Shown piece after piece: positions 10,779-19,255 of a stretch of 64,000 nt of DNA. Under the pieces are notes generated by a model that had not been told where the DNA came from, made no database searches, and was given only the letters and a program-made list of their open reading frames with translations. Position 1 is the stretch's first letter. Each line of letters opens with the position of its first letter. The stretch comes from Pseudomonadota bacterium (GTDB lineage Bacteria; Pseudomonadota; Gammaproteobacteria; Steroidobacterales; Woeseiaceae), in the NCBI GenBank assembly GCA_020027645.1, contig JAHKKM010000001.1, positions 6,211 through 70,210 of the forward strand. Direction: 5' to 3'. The translations under genes were made by a program, and so were the position numbers.

Positions 10779-11996
10779 ATGGGTGCATTCGAATTCGTCG
10801 CTCTGGACAAGGCCGGCAAGGAATCGCGCGGCCTGCTGGAAGGCGACACACCAAAACACGTGCGCCAGATCCTCCGCGACAGGCAACTTCTGCCGGTCAG
10901 CGTGACGGAGATCGCGCAGACGGAATCGAAGCGCCAGAGCACGGGCTACGCATTGCGCCGCGGGATGTCCGCCAGCGATCTGTCATTGATCACACGGCAG
11001 CTTGCGACACTCTCCCAGGCGGGGCTCCCACTGGAGGAAGCCCTGCTCGCCGTCAGCCAGCAAAACGAAAGTCCGCGCGCCAAGAGCATCATGCTGGGCG
11101 TGCGGTCCCGGGTTCTCGAAGGCCACACGCTGGCCGACGGCCTCGGTGATTTTCCGCAGGCATTTCCGGATCTCTATCGCGCAACCGTCGCCGCGGGCGA
11201 ACAATCCGGTCATCTCGACGCCGTACTGGAACGACTGGCGGAATTCACCGAGACAAGACAGCAGCTGCAGCAGCAAGTGCGCAATGCCCTGATATACCCC
11301 ATAGCGCTGGTCGTCACCGCGGTTGCCATCATCAGCTTTATGCTGGCCTACGTGGTGCCGAAGGTTGTGTATATTTTCGAAAACTACAACCAGCAATTGC
11401 CGATCCTGACACGGATTCTGATTGCCTCCAGCGATTTCATTCGAGACTACTGGACGGCATTGATCCTGGTCACTGTCGCGCTGTTTTTTGGCATCCGGCA
11501 GCTGCTGAAGCGGGAGGGGCCAAAGCGCCGCTATCACAGGACTCTATTGCGCGTGCCGATCGTCAGCCGGCTGACCCGCGGCATCAACACCGCCCGGTTC
11601 ACACAGACCCTCAGCATTCTTGCCGGGAGTGGCGTACCAATCCTGGAGTCGCTGGAAATTGCCGCCAAAGTGGTGGTGAACGTACCCATGCGCGAAGCAG
11701 TTGAAGAAGCTGCGCTGAGGATTCGTGAAGGCGCCATGATCAGCAAGTCGCTGGCCGCCAGCAAATTGTTCCCGCCGATGACCACGCATCTGATTGCCAG
11801 TGGCGAAGCAAGCGGCAAACTGGAGGAGATGCTGAGTCGCGCGGCCAAGACCCAGGAGCGCGAAGTCGATTCCCTGATAGCCACACTGCTCGGAGTCATG
11901 CAGCCATTGCTGGTCATTGTGATGGCCGCAATTGTGCTCCTGATCGTACTTGCGATTCTCTTGCCCATCTTTGAAATCAACAACTTGATTCGTTAG
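10779..11996 (+). CDS. gspF: type II secretion system inner-membrane platform protein GspF
   Basis: 405 aa with the two-repeat GspF/PilC architecture (LATLSQAGLPLEEAL and FTQTLSILAGSGVPILESL) and three TM segments. Confidence 0.93.
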   Translation: MGAFEFVALDKAGKESRGLLEGDTPKHVRQILRDRQLLPVSVTEIAQTESKRQSTGYALRRGMSASDLSLITRQLATLSQAGLPLEEALLAVSQQNESPRAKSIMLGVRSRVLEGHTLADGLGDFPQAFPDLYRATVAAGEQSGHLDAVLERLAEFTETRQQLQQQVRNALIYPIALVVTAVAIISFMLAYVVPKVVYIFENYNQQLPILTRILIASSDFIRDYWTALILVTVALFFGIRQLLKREGPKRRYHRTLLRVPIVSRLTRGINTARFTQTLSILAGSGVPILESLEIAAKVVVNVPMREAVEEAALRIREGAMISKSLAASKLFPPMTTHLIASGEASGKLEEMLSRAAKTQEREVDSLIATLLGVMQPLLVIVMAAIVLLIVLAILLPIFEINNLIR

Positions 11997-12087
11997 ACCG
12001 CCTGCCGATACGGTACTGGTGAACTGCGGATCAGCTTCTTGCACACCGACTTTTTTCGCGGTATACAGGCCCCATTGTGATTGGCTT

Positions 12088-12112
12088 CAACCGTTGTTCC
12101 GGTTGATTTTTC
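12088..12112 (+). terminator. putative rho-independent terminator after gspF
   Basis: caaccg (12088-93), loop ttgttc, cggttg (12100-05), followed by atttttc. The stem is short (6 bp). Confidence 0.4.
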
Positions 12113-12122
12113 GGAGTCCGCG

Positions 12123-12431
12123 ATGGCACAAAAAGCTGCTGAAGACCGTGAACGGCCCGCAGAGGTTACCGACGAAGAAGAAGACGATCAGACCGATGAA
12201 TTTGCAGAGGAAGAGTCTGAGGACGAAGAATCCGATTCGGACAATGTCGGCGATGTTTCTGTTGAGATCAATGTTGAAAGCCTGATCGCGGAGATTGAAA
12301 GCGAACACGACGACGAGGCCGCCCGCCGGCGAGAAGTTCGGCGACGCCTGGAAGAAATCCGCGAGCAAAAAGAGGCATTGAAGGAGATTGAGGATACGTT
12401 TACGTTGTATCTCGATGAAGAAGAAGATTAG
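12123..12431 (+). CDS. hyper-acidic small hypothetical protein
   Basis: The ATG at 12123 is preceded by GGAG (12113-16). The product is 102 aa, dominated by D/E runs (DEEEDDQTDEFAEEESEDEESDSD), with a C-terminal charged helix (ARRREVRRRLEEIREQKEALKEIEDTF). It is reminiscent of small acidic proteins conserved in Gammaproteobacteria, but I cannot confirm the family. Confidence 0.6.
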   Translation: MAQKAAEDRERPAEVTDEEEDDQTDEFAEEESEDEESDSDNVGDVSVEINVESLIAEIESEHDDEAARRREVRRRLEEIREQKEALKEIEDTFTLYLDEEED

Positions 12432-12484
12432 GGTACGGCTGCCCGTGCAGATCCGGGGCTTGTGGTCATTCGTACCTGGCCGGA

Positions 12485-15400
12485 TCAGCGAAAATCGCGG
12501 CTCCTGACGCTGAGTTCCCCGAGCAAACCGCTGTGGTCCAACAGCCTTTTCGCGATGACATGAATCACCTTTCCCTCAACCTGTAATTCGCCCTCGACCC
12601 CCATAAGACGCGCATTCAACAGCACATTACGCTGTTCGTCGGCAATGCTCTTCCAGACAACAAGATTTGCATAACCGGTCTCGTCTTCCAGCGTCACAAA
12701 GGTGACGCCGCTTGCGGTTCCCGGGCGTTGCTTGGTAATAACCAGGCCGGCAACTCGAACATCGCAGCCACTCGACAATTTCCCGAGCCCGCCGGCGGCA
12801 AGGTATCCATAAGCATTGAGATGAGCGCGGATAAGGGCCATGGGGTGGCGTTCCAGCGTCAGCCCCAGGCTTTTGTAGTCGGCCACGATATTCTGACCTT
12901 CCGTCGGGCGACGCAGCATGGGTGTCGCATCGTAGCGATCCATGCTGGCGAACAGTGCCATCGGCTCCTCGATCCCCTCTACCGTCCAGCGCACCTTGTG
13001 CCTGTGGCCATCGAGCGCAGACAAAGCGCCGGCAGCCGCCAGTGCCGCCAGTTCCCGCCGGTTGATGCGGGTGCGTTCCACCAGTTGCTGAATACTGCGG
13101 TATGAACCGGCACACCGTGCGGCAATCACTGCCTGTGCGGCCGCTTCCGACAGCCCGCTGATCTGCCGCAGGCCGAGTCTCAAGGCAGGCCGCCTGTCCC
13201 CTGCCGGTTCCAGGCTGCTGTCCCAGTCGCTTCGATTGACGTCCGCACTGCGCACTTCGACGCCATGGCGTCGCAGGTCCTGGATCAGTTGTGACGCGGA
13301 ATAAAATCCCATCGGCTGGCTGTTGAGCAGCGCACAGGTGAATGCGGCGGGTTCATGGCGCTTGAGCCAGCAGGAAACGTAGACCAATAGCGCAAAGCTT
13401 GCTGCATGCGATTCGGGAAAACCGTATTCACCGAATCCCAGGATCTGCTTGAAAATCTGCCGTGCAAATTCTTCCGGATAACCACGTACCCGCATACCGC
13501 TGATCAGCTTTTCCTCGAACGGCCCGAGCCCGCCGCGACGTTTCCAGGCCGCCATCGCGCGCCGCAAACGATCCGCGTCGCCCGGCGTAAAGCCGGCCGC
13601 GACAACTGCCAGCTGCATCACCTGCTCCTGGAAAATCGGCACGCCAAGCGTGCGTTGCAGTACATGCCGAACGTCATCGCTGGGATACTCGACCGGTTCC
13701 TCGCCATCGCGCCGCCGCAGATACGGATGCACCATGTCGCCCTGTATCGGGCCCGGCCGGATGATGGCTACTTCAATGACGAGATCGTAATAACAGCGCG
13801 GTTTCAGGCGCGGCAACATGGCCATCTGCGCGCGCGACTCGATCTGGAACACACCCATCGTGTCGGCATCACAGATCATGTCATAGACGAGCGGGTCTTC
13901 GGCCGGCACGCTTGCCAGGGAATACTCGCGCCCATCGTAGTCACGGATAAGATCGAAACTGCGGCGTATCGCCGTCAGCATGCCGAGACCCAGTACGTCG
14001 ACCTTCAGAAGCCCGAGATCTTCGAGATCATTTTTCTCCCACTGGATGACCGTGCGATCGTCCATGGCAGCATTCTCCACCGGTACCAGTTCCGACAGCG
14101 GTCCATTGGAAATCACAAAACCGCCGACATGCTGGGACAGGTGGCGTGGAAATCCGATCAGCTCACGCACCAGGTATAACAGTCGTTTGATGACCGCACT
14201 TTGCGGATCAAGCCCAGCCTCCAGTACCCGGCTGTCGTCAACATCGCTGCCATCCCACCACTGCATCGAACGCGCCAGCCGGTCGACCTGGAGACCGCCC
14301 AGGCCCAGCGCCTTTCCAACATCGCGCAACGCACTTCTCGGCTGGTAGGTAATGACCGTCGCCGCCAGCGCCGCGCGCTGTCGGCCGTATTTCCCATAGA
14401 TGTACTGGATGACCTCCTCACGCCTTTCATGCTCGAAATCGACATCGATATCCGGCGGTTCATTGCGTTCTTTGGAAATGAAACGCTCAACGAGAGTCGC
14501 CATCCTGCCAGGATCGACTTCAGTAATTCCAAGACAGAAACAGACAGCGGAATTGGCCGCCGATCCGCGGCCCTGACAAAGGATGCCCTGACGCCGGGCA
14601 AAGGCCACGATGTCGTATACGGTCAGAAAATAGGATTCGTACTCGAGTTGCCGAATCAGTTCCAGTTCGTGTTCGACCAGGTCGACAACCTTCGCTGGTG
14701 CACCTTCCGGCCAGCGCTTCTGCATACCCTCCGCGGTCAACTGGCGCAGGTAACTGGCGGGCGTCTGGCCAGCCGGTACCAGCTCATCGGGATACTCATA
14801 GCGCAACTCGTCAAGAGAAAAATCGATTGCACCGGCAATGTGCAATGTCTCTTCCAGCAAGCCCTGCGGATAGATCTTTCCGATAACGCTGAGTGGACGA
14901 AGGTAACGTTCGCCATTGGGGTACAGCGCGAACCCTGCCTGCTCCAGCGTCACGCCCTCGCGTATTGCCGTCAGGGTATCCTGCAGAATGCGTCGCCGCC
15001 GGCAATGCATGTGGACATCGCCGCAGGCGACCAGTGGCAGCTGCAGCGCCTTGCCCAGTTGTTGCAGCCGGCCCAGCCGCTGGCGCTCGAGACCATCGGC
15101 CAGCAACTCGACACCAAGCCACAGGCGATTATGGAAGGCGTCCAGTATCCAGGTGTCCTCGGCACCCAACAGCATTTGGCTATCCGGAATCCACAGCAGC
15201 AGGCAACCCGGCAAGCCGTCCGCGAAATCAGCAGCGTCCAGCCAGTAGCTGCCTTTCTGTGCGGCCCGCCGACCTTGCGTAACAAGGCGACACAACGCTG
15301 CGTACCCCTTGCGGTTCTGTGCCAGCACCACGAGTTTGAGCTTGCTCACCAGCCGGCATTCGGTACCTATGATGAGTTTCTTCAGCGCAGCGTTTTTAGC

Positions 15401-15565
15401 TGCAACATGTGCCCTCACGATGCCTGATACGGAACATTCATCCGTTATTGCCAGTGCTTCGTAACCCTGTGCGGCGGCGGTTTCCACCAGTTCTTCCGGG
15501 CGCGACGCACCCCGCAAAAAGGTGAAATTGCTGAGCGCGTGCAATTCGGCATAGGCAGCTGCCAT
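12485..15565 (-). CDS. dnaE2: error-prone DNA polymerase DnaE2 (ImuC)
   Basis: PHP N-terminus (YAELHALSNFTFLRGAS) and pol III alpha core blocks (PPDIDVDFEHERREEVIQY, LLKVDVLGLGMLT, ESHAASFALLVY). About 1026 aa from the ATG at 15565, 8 nt after the imuB stop. The longer ORF to 15691 overlaps imuB. Confidence 0.93.
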   Translation of the reverse strand: MAAAYAELHALSNFTFLRGASRPEELVETAAAQGYEALAITDECSVSGIVRAHVAAKNAALKKLIIGTECRLVSKLKLVVLAQNRKGYAALCRLVTQGRRAAQKGSYWLDAADFADGLPGCLLLWIPDSQMLLGAEDTWILDAFHNRLWLGVELLADGLERQRLGRLQQLGKALQLPLVACGDVHMHCRRRRILQDTLTAIREGVTLEQAGFALYPNGERYLRPLSVIGKIYPQGLLEETLHIAGAIDFSLDELRYEYPDELVPAGQTPASYLRQLTAEGMQKRWPEGAPAKVVDLVEHELELIRQLEYESYFLTVYDIVAFARRQGILCQGRGSAANSAVCFCLGITEVDPGRMATLVERFISKERNEPPDIDVDFEHERREEVIQYIYGKYGRQRAALAATVITYQPRSALRDVGKALGLGGLQVDRLARSMQWWDGSDVDDSRVLEAGLDPQSAVIKRLLYLVRELIGFPRHLSQHVGGFVISNGPLSELVPVENAAMDDRTVIQWEKNDLEDLGLLKVDVLGLGMLTAIRRSFDLIRDYDGREYSLASVPAEDPLVYDMICDADTMGVFQIESRAQMAMLPRLKPRCYYDLVIEVAIIRPGPIQGDMVHPYLRRRDGEEPVEYPSDDVRHVLQRTLGVPIFQEQVMQLAVVAAGFTPGDADRLRRAMAAWKRRGGLGPFEEKLISGMRVRGYPEEFARQIFKQILGFGEYGFPESHAASFALLVYVSCWLKRHEPAAFTCALLNSQPMGFYSASQLIQDLRRHGVEVRSADVNRSDWDSSLEPAGDRRPALRLGLRQISGLSEAAAQAVIAARCAGSYRSIQQLVERTRINRRELAALAAAGALSALDGHRHKVRWTVEGIEEPMALFASMDRYDATPMLRRPTEGQNIVADYKSLGLTLERHPMALIRAHLNAYGYLAAGGLGKLSSGCDVRVAGLVITKQRPGTASGVTFVTLEDETGYANLVVWKSIADEQRNVLLNARLMGVEGELQVEGKVIHVIAKRLLDHSGLLGELSVRSRDFR

Positions 15566-15575
15566 CGTCGGACTG

Positions 15576-17231
15576 CTAACCGAACATGCCGTGCAGATAC
15601 CAGCCGGATTCCCTGTCACGATTGCGAAAAATCCACAGATGCATGCCGGCCGGATTGGCTGCCACAAAATAGTCCCTGGCAATGCCATCATCGTCCCACC
15701 AGCCGGTTTCGAGCCTCTCGGGACCGCCCAGCAGCTTCAGACGACCCTGGTAAAGCGGCAGGCCCTTCTCGATACCGAGTGGTCTTGGTTCCGGCAACAT
15801 CCACAATGGTCGCCGCAACAACAGGCTGCTGTTGCGGCGCGGTTCCGCCAGCAACGGGCTTGCATGACAGTGTAGTGGCTGTTCGAAAAGTTTTGCCGCG
15901 CGCCAAGCATGTTGCGGGCGATGTTCGGCCACGGCCATGATGCCGTGCACCGACTCATCACCGATGCGTGCGCTCAAGCGTTCTACAAGATGAGATATCA
16001 AAGGTTCCCGTCGCTGGCTGCCGGTCCTGCTGAAAACCAGCCGGCCGGTCGACGCGGATAGCGGCTGACCTCTGCCGCCCTGCAGGCGAATGGCGATGAT
16101 CGCGGCGGGCAATACCAGGCGATCGAAGCGGATGGCCAGCAACTCATACCAGTGCTCGATCGAGCGATCTGCCTGTGCACAACCAACAGTCAGGTGTGTG
16201 GCCGGCAGCTGCAAGTGAAAAAAACTGAAGCGAACACGCTGTACCATGAGTTGCCGGCTTAGCAAAAAGCGCTCGAGTTCGAGCAATAACTTGCGGCAGG
16301 CGTTCAGCAGCAATTCACTGTCGCTTTGTTCTTCTGCCAGTTCGTATTCCTGGCAAAACACCTCTGCTGTCCGGTAACACTTCCGCGGATCCGGCAAACG
16401 GCCGAGCGCCCTGTCGAGTTGCAGCAAACTGCCGGCACCGAAGCGTCGGACGAAACCCTCGCGTGGCAGGCGCAGGCAATCGCCGACAACGGTAATGCCC
16501 ATACCTTGCAGGGAACCGGTAACGGCATCAGGCCAGTCAAGACAGCTCAGTGGCAGACAGCTCAGTGCGCCCACCAGGTTTTTCCTGTCACGTATGCACA
16601 CCCTCTGCCCGGCTCTTGCAAGCCAGGTCGCCGCGAGCGGTGTCGGTGCAATGGCCAGTGCAGCTGTAAAACCCAGTTGTTGCAGCTCATCAGAAATCGC
16701 CTGTCGCAATGCACCGAGTCCGCCAAACAGCCGCAGGCTGCCGGCAATTTCGAGCAGCAAGGCCGCCGGCATTTCGATACTGATGAAAGAAGTAAACCGT
16801 TCCGCCCGCGCAGCCAGGGCCCTGAGCACCTCTTCCTCACGGGCAGGGCTGCGCTCTTCCAAGGACAGCGTGGGCAGGAACGCAAGTGCAGCATTCACTG
16901 ACATACCGCAGCTGATTCCGGCAGCGGCTGCCTCTGCGTTCGCCAGCAGCACCCTTCGCAGTCCCTGCTGGTCTTCCGTGACCGCACAGGGGCCCGTGGA
17001 GCTCGTGCCCATGATCGCTTCGAGCGGCAGTGAAGGCAGATAAGCACACAGCCACAGACGATGAACAATGGTTGCCTGAACCAATTCGGCACGGACAGCT
17101 GCGGGCATCTGCAGGGACAGCGACTGCTGTGCCGTGTCGCCAGCCGCAGGATAAGGCCTTTTTCGCTTCGTTACTGAAGGAGTCGGGTGCGCTTCCCGCG
17201 CCGTGGCAGGCAACTTCCCTGGAGGCAACAT
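15576..17231 (-). CDS. imuB: Y-family polymerase-like protein ImuB
   Basis: Sits between imuA and dnaE2. N-terminal LWLCAYLPSLPLEAI is typical of ImuB. The ATG at 17231 abuts the imuA TAG and has GGAG 6 nt upstream. An alternative ATG lies at 17108. Confidence 0.85.
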   Translation of the reverse strand: MLPPGKLPATAREAHPTPSVTKRKRPYPAAGDTAQQSLSLQMPAAVRAELVQATIVHRLWLCAYLPSLPLEAIMGTSSTGPCAVTEDQQGLRRVLLANAEAAAAGISCGMSVNAALAFLPTLSLEERSPAREEEVLRALAARAERFTSFISIEMPAALLLEIAGSLRLFGGLGALRQAISDELQQLGFTAALAIAPTPLAATWLARAGQRVCIRDRKNLVGALSCLPLSCLDWPDAVTGSLQGMGITVVGDCLRLPREGFVRRFGAGSLLQLDRALGRLPDPRKCYRTAEVFCQEYELAEEQSDSELLLNACRKLLLELERFLLSRQLMVQRVRFSFFHLQLPATHLTVGCAQADRSIEHWYELLAIRFDRLVLPAAIIAIRLQGGRGQPLSASTGRLVFSRTGSQRREPLISHLVERLSARIGDESVHGIMAVAEHRPQHAWRAAKLFEQPLHCHASPLLAEPRRNSSLLLRRPLWMLPEPRPLGIEKGLPLYQGRLKLLGGPERLETGWWDDDGIARDYFVAANPAGMHLWIFRNRDRESGWYLHGMFG

Positions 17232-17885
17232 CTATTGCTCCGGTGCAGACGCATAATCCCGAATCACGGCGGGCCGGCCGCCGCGACTTTTCAGGATACC
17301 GAGATCAGTGCCCTTGTCGCCGGCACTCACGCGAATGCGCAATGCGGCCGCGGAGGAACGGGACAGCGCCTTGACAGAGCGAAAGGCGATGGCCCAGCTC
17401 CGGCCATTTTCCGCGGCCAGCTGCAAACGCCGGCTCTCCACATCGTCCATCTGTTCTGACCACAGCAGCACTGCAGCGCAATTGCCGGAAGACAAGGCCT
17501 GCTCGGCGGCCCATAAAGCTTCCGCTGCCCTTTTGGGCCGCACAACCAGTACCCGCGAAAGATTCATGCCCCATTGTGCGAGCGCCGGCGCATAGGGTTC
17601 GAAAGGCGGTGCAATCCAGACAATCCAGCCGGCGGCATGCGCAGCATCCTCGTCGCCGGTCTGGCTCAGGCGCGTCAGCGCCGGCATCAGCAGCTTCAGT
17701 TCGCCCGTGCCGTAATGTTCCAGCAGGATCTCGGTCAGGGCGTGCGGTGGCCAGCCACCGCCTGGCAGATGCCGGTCCAGCTTGGGGTAACCGCTGCTGA
17801 GTCCCTGCCAGCCCGTGCCCTCTGCCGGACTGCGGCCGCGCCAGAGTCGCGGACTCTGCAACAGTTTCTCCAGGACATCGCTCAC
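17232..17885 (-). CDS. imuA: translesion DNA synthesis-associated protein ImuA (SulA/RecA-like)
   Basis: 217 aa with GTG start. ImuA-type motifs: LWRG......G...LSSGYPKLD..LPGGGWP..ALTEIL. Its position between lexA and imuB fits the family. Confidence 0.85.
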   Translation of the reverse strand: MSDVLEKLLQSPRLWRGRSPAEGTGWQGLSSGYPKLDRHLPGGGWPPHALTEILLEHYGTGELKLLMPALTRLSQTGDEDAAHAAGWIVWIAPPFEPYAPALAQWGMNLSRVLVVRPKRAAEALWAAEQALSSGNCAAVLLWSEQMDDVESRRLQLAAENGRSWAIAFRSVKALSRSSAAALRIRVSAGDKGTDLGILKSRGGRPAVIRDYASAPEQ

Positions 17886-17918
17886 CGTTTTCCGCCGTCA
17901 GCATCCAGCCAGCCGTTC

Positions 17919-18536
17919 TCAGTTCGGCGGCAAGCCGTCACGAATGACGCCAACAACCACGCCCTCGATAACCATCGATTGCAGTTTGAGATCGACCCGA
18001 ATCGGCTCGAAGTCGTCGTTTTCCGGCAGCAGCCAGACCAGCGATCCGTCCTGGCGATAACGTTTCACAGTCACCTCATCATCAACCCGGGCCACAACGA
18101 TCTGCCGGCTGCGAACCTCGGGCGTGCGGTGCACGGCAACAAGATCGCCATCGAGAATGCCGACATTTTTCATGCTCATGCCCTCGACCCTGAGCAGGTA
18201 ATGCGGCTTCGGATTGAATAGCGCCTGATCGATCCTGTAATGCGTTTCGATATGCTCTTCTGACAGGATCGGACGGCCGGCAGCCACCTTGCCGACCAGC
18301 GGCAGACCGAGCTGCTCACGCAGGGAATCCTTCAGTTGAATGCCACGCGAGGTGCCGGGTACGAGGTCGAGCACGCCTTTTTTCTGCAATGCCCGCAAAT
18401 GCTCTTCCGCTGCATTGGAGGACTTGAAACCCAGTTGTCGAGCAATCTCGGCACGCGTGGGCGGCATGCCATATTCAGACATAAACTCTTGAATCATATT
18501 AAGAATCTGCAACTGCCTGGGAGTCAGCTGACGCAT
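17919..18536 (-). CDS. lexA: SOS transcriptional repressor LexA
   Basis: 205 aa collinear with E. coli LexA ([33 protein letters not shown]; cleavage/peptidase part VAAG, GMSM, KR). AGGA lies 8 nt upstream of the ATG. Confidence 0.97.
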   Translation of the reverse strand: MRQLTPRQLQILNMIQEFMSEYGMPPTRAEIARQLGFKSSNAAEEHLRALQKKGVLDLVPGTSRGIQLKDSLREQLGLPLVGKVAAGRPILSEEHIETHYRIDQALFNPKPHYLLRVEGMSMKNVGILDGDLVAVHRTPEVRSRQIVVARVDDEVTVKRYRQDGSLVWLLPENDDFEPIRVDLKLQSMVIEGVVVGVIRDGLPPN

Positions 18537-18545
18537 GGTGTAATC

Positions 18546-18561
18546 CTGTGCATATAAACAG
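18546..18561 (-). promoter_or_regulatory. LexA (SOS) box 1
   Basis: CTGTGCATATAAACAG is a perfect CTGT-N8-ACAG palindrome frame, 10 nt upstream of the lexA ATG. Confidence 0.85.
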
Positions 18562-18564
18562 TTA

Positions 18565-18580
18565 CTGATATTATATACAG
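18565..18580 (-). promoter_or_regulatory. LexA (SOS) box 2
   Basis: The lexA strand reads CTGTATATAATATCAG (CTGT-N8-TCAG, one mismatch; the flank gives TACTG on the top strand). It lies 3 nt from box 1, giving a tandem arrangement as at E. coli lexA. Confidence 0.8.
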
Positions 18581-18597
18581 GTCTTTATGCAGTGCAA
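18570..18597 (-). promoter_or_regulatory. putative sigma70 promoter of the lexA-imuA-imuB-dnaE2 operon
   Basis: On the minus strand: TTGCAC (18597..18592), a 16-nt spacer, then TATAAT (18575..18570). The -10 hexamer is embedded in SOS box 2. Confidence 0.6.
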
Positions 18598-18935
18598 GTC
18601 CCGCCATGGCTGGCCATCGATCCCTTCACGACCCGCCCGTGTCACGGCCGGGTTGCAACAGCAAAACAATCACCAGCAAGCTCGGCGATGCGAAGGGGCG
18701 ATTCCGATCACGCCGATTCCGCTGGCAAAATGCACGAAGCGTAGTAGAATCCGCACGCCTCGCAGCAGCAGGACCGGATTGCACCGATCCCGCCGGCTGC
18801 AAAAGCAACCCTGCCGTACTCAAAATCTGTCTCCGACAGACGACAAACACCGAACAAAATCCGTGTTTTCATTGAACACAGCAACGGTTTACGAAATAAT
18901 GCGCGTGCATTTCTATCCCAACAGAGGAAATTTGA

Positions 18936-19238
18936 ATGATTAAGAACGTATTAAAAGTGAGCGCAGCCGTGCTCGTACTCGGTCTGGCCTCTGGTTGTGC
19001 CAGCACCGAAGCCATCGAAAAAGCACAGGCTACCGCAGACTCTGCAGCACGAGACGCAGCAGCAGCAAAGTCAGCCGCTGAAGCCGCGCGCGCGACGGCA
19101 GACAGTGCCGCACAGGCTGCCCGTGGTGCTCAGAGCACTGCAGACCAGGCCATGTCGGCTGCGACTGCAGCGCAGGCTTGCTGCGATGCAAATCGCGACC
19201 GCCTGGAGCGCATGTTCCAGAAATCTATGTCTAAGTAG
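18936..19238 (+). CDS. Lpp/OprI-like alanine-rich outer-membrane lipoprotein
   Basis: GAGGA SD. Lipobox LASGC after a signal peptide, an Ala-rich heptad-like body and a C-terminal ...KSMSK ending in Lys, as in Lpp (..YRK) and OprI (..SRK). Followed by a strong terminator. Confidence 0.8.
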   Translation: MIKNVLKVSAAVLVLGLASGCASTEAIEKAQATADSAARDAAAAKSAAEAARATADSAAQAARGAQSTADQAMSAATAAQACCDANRDRLERMFQKSMSK

Positions 19239-19255
19239 TCAATCGCTACGAAGAT

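Noticed and set aside
12432-12484. ggtacg...cgtacc inverted repeat between the acidic-protein gene and dnaE2 as a bidirectional terminator.
   Set aside because: The loop is about 30 nt and there is no U-tract on either strand.
18587-18943. 118-aa ORF (and the overlapping 18606..18875 and 18626..18850 ORFs) in the lexA/lpp-like spacer.
   Set aside because: Arg/Ser/Pro-rich translation, no SD and no motif. It overlaps the real lpp-like start. Treated as non-coding (see the finding on this spacer).
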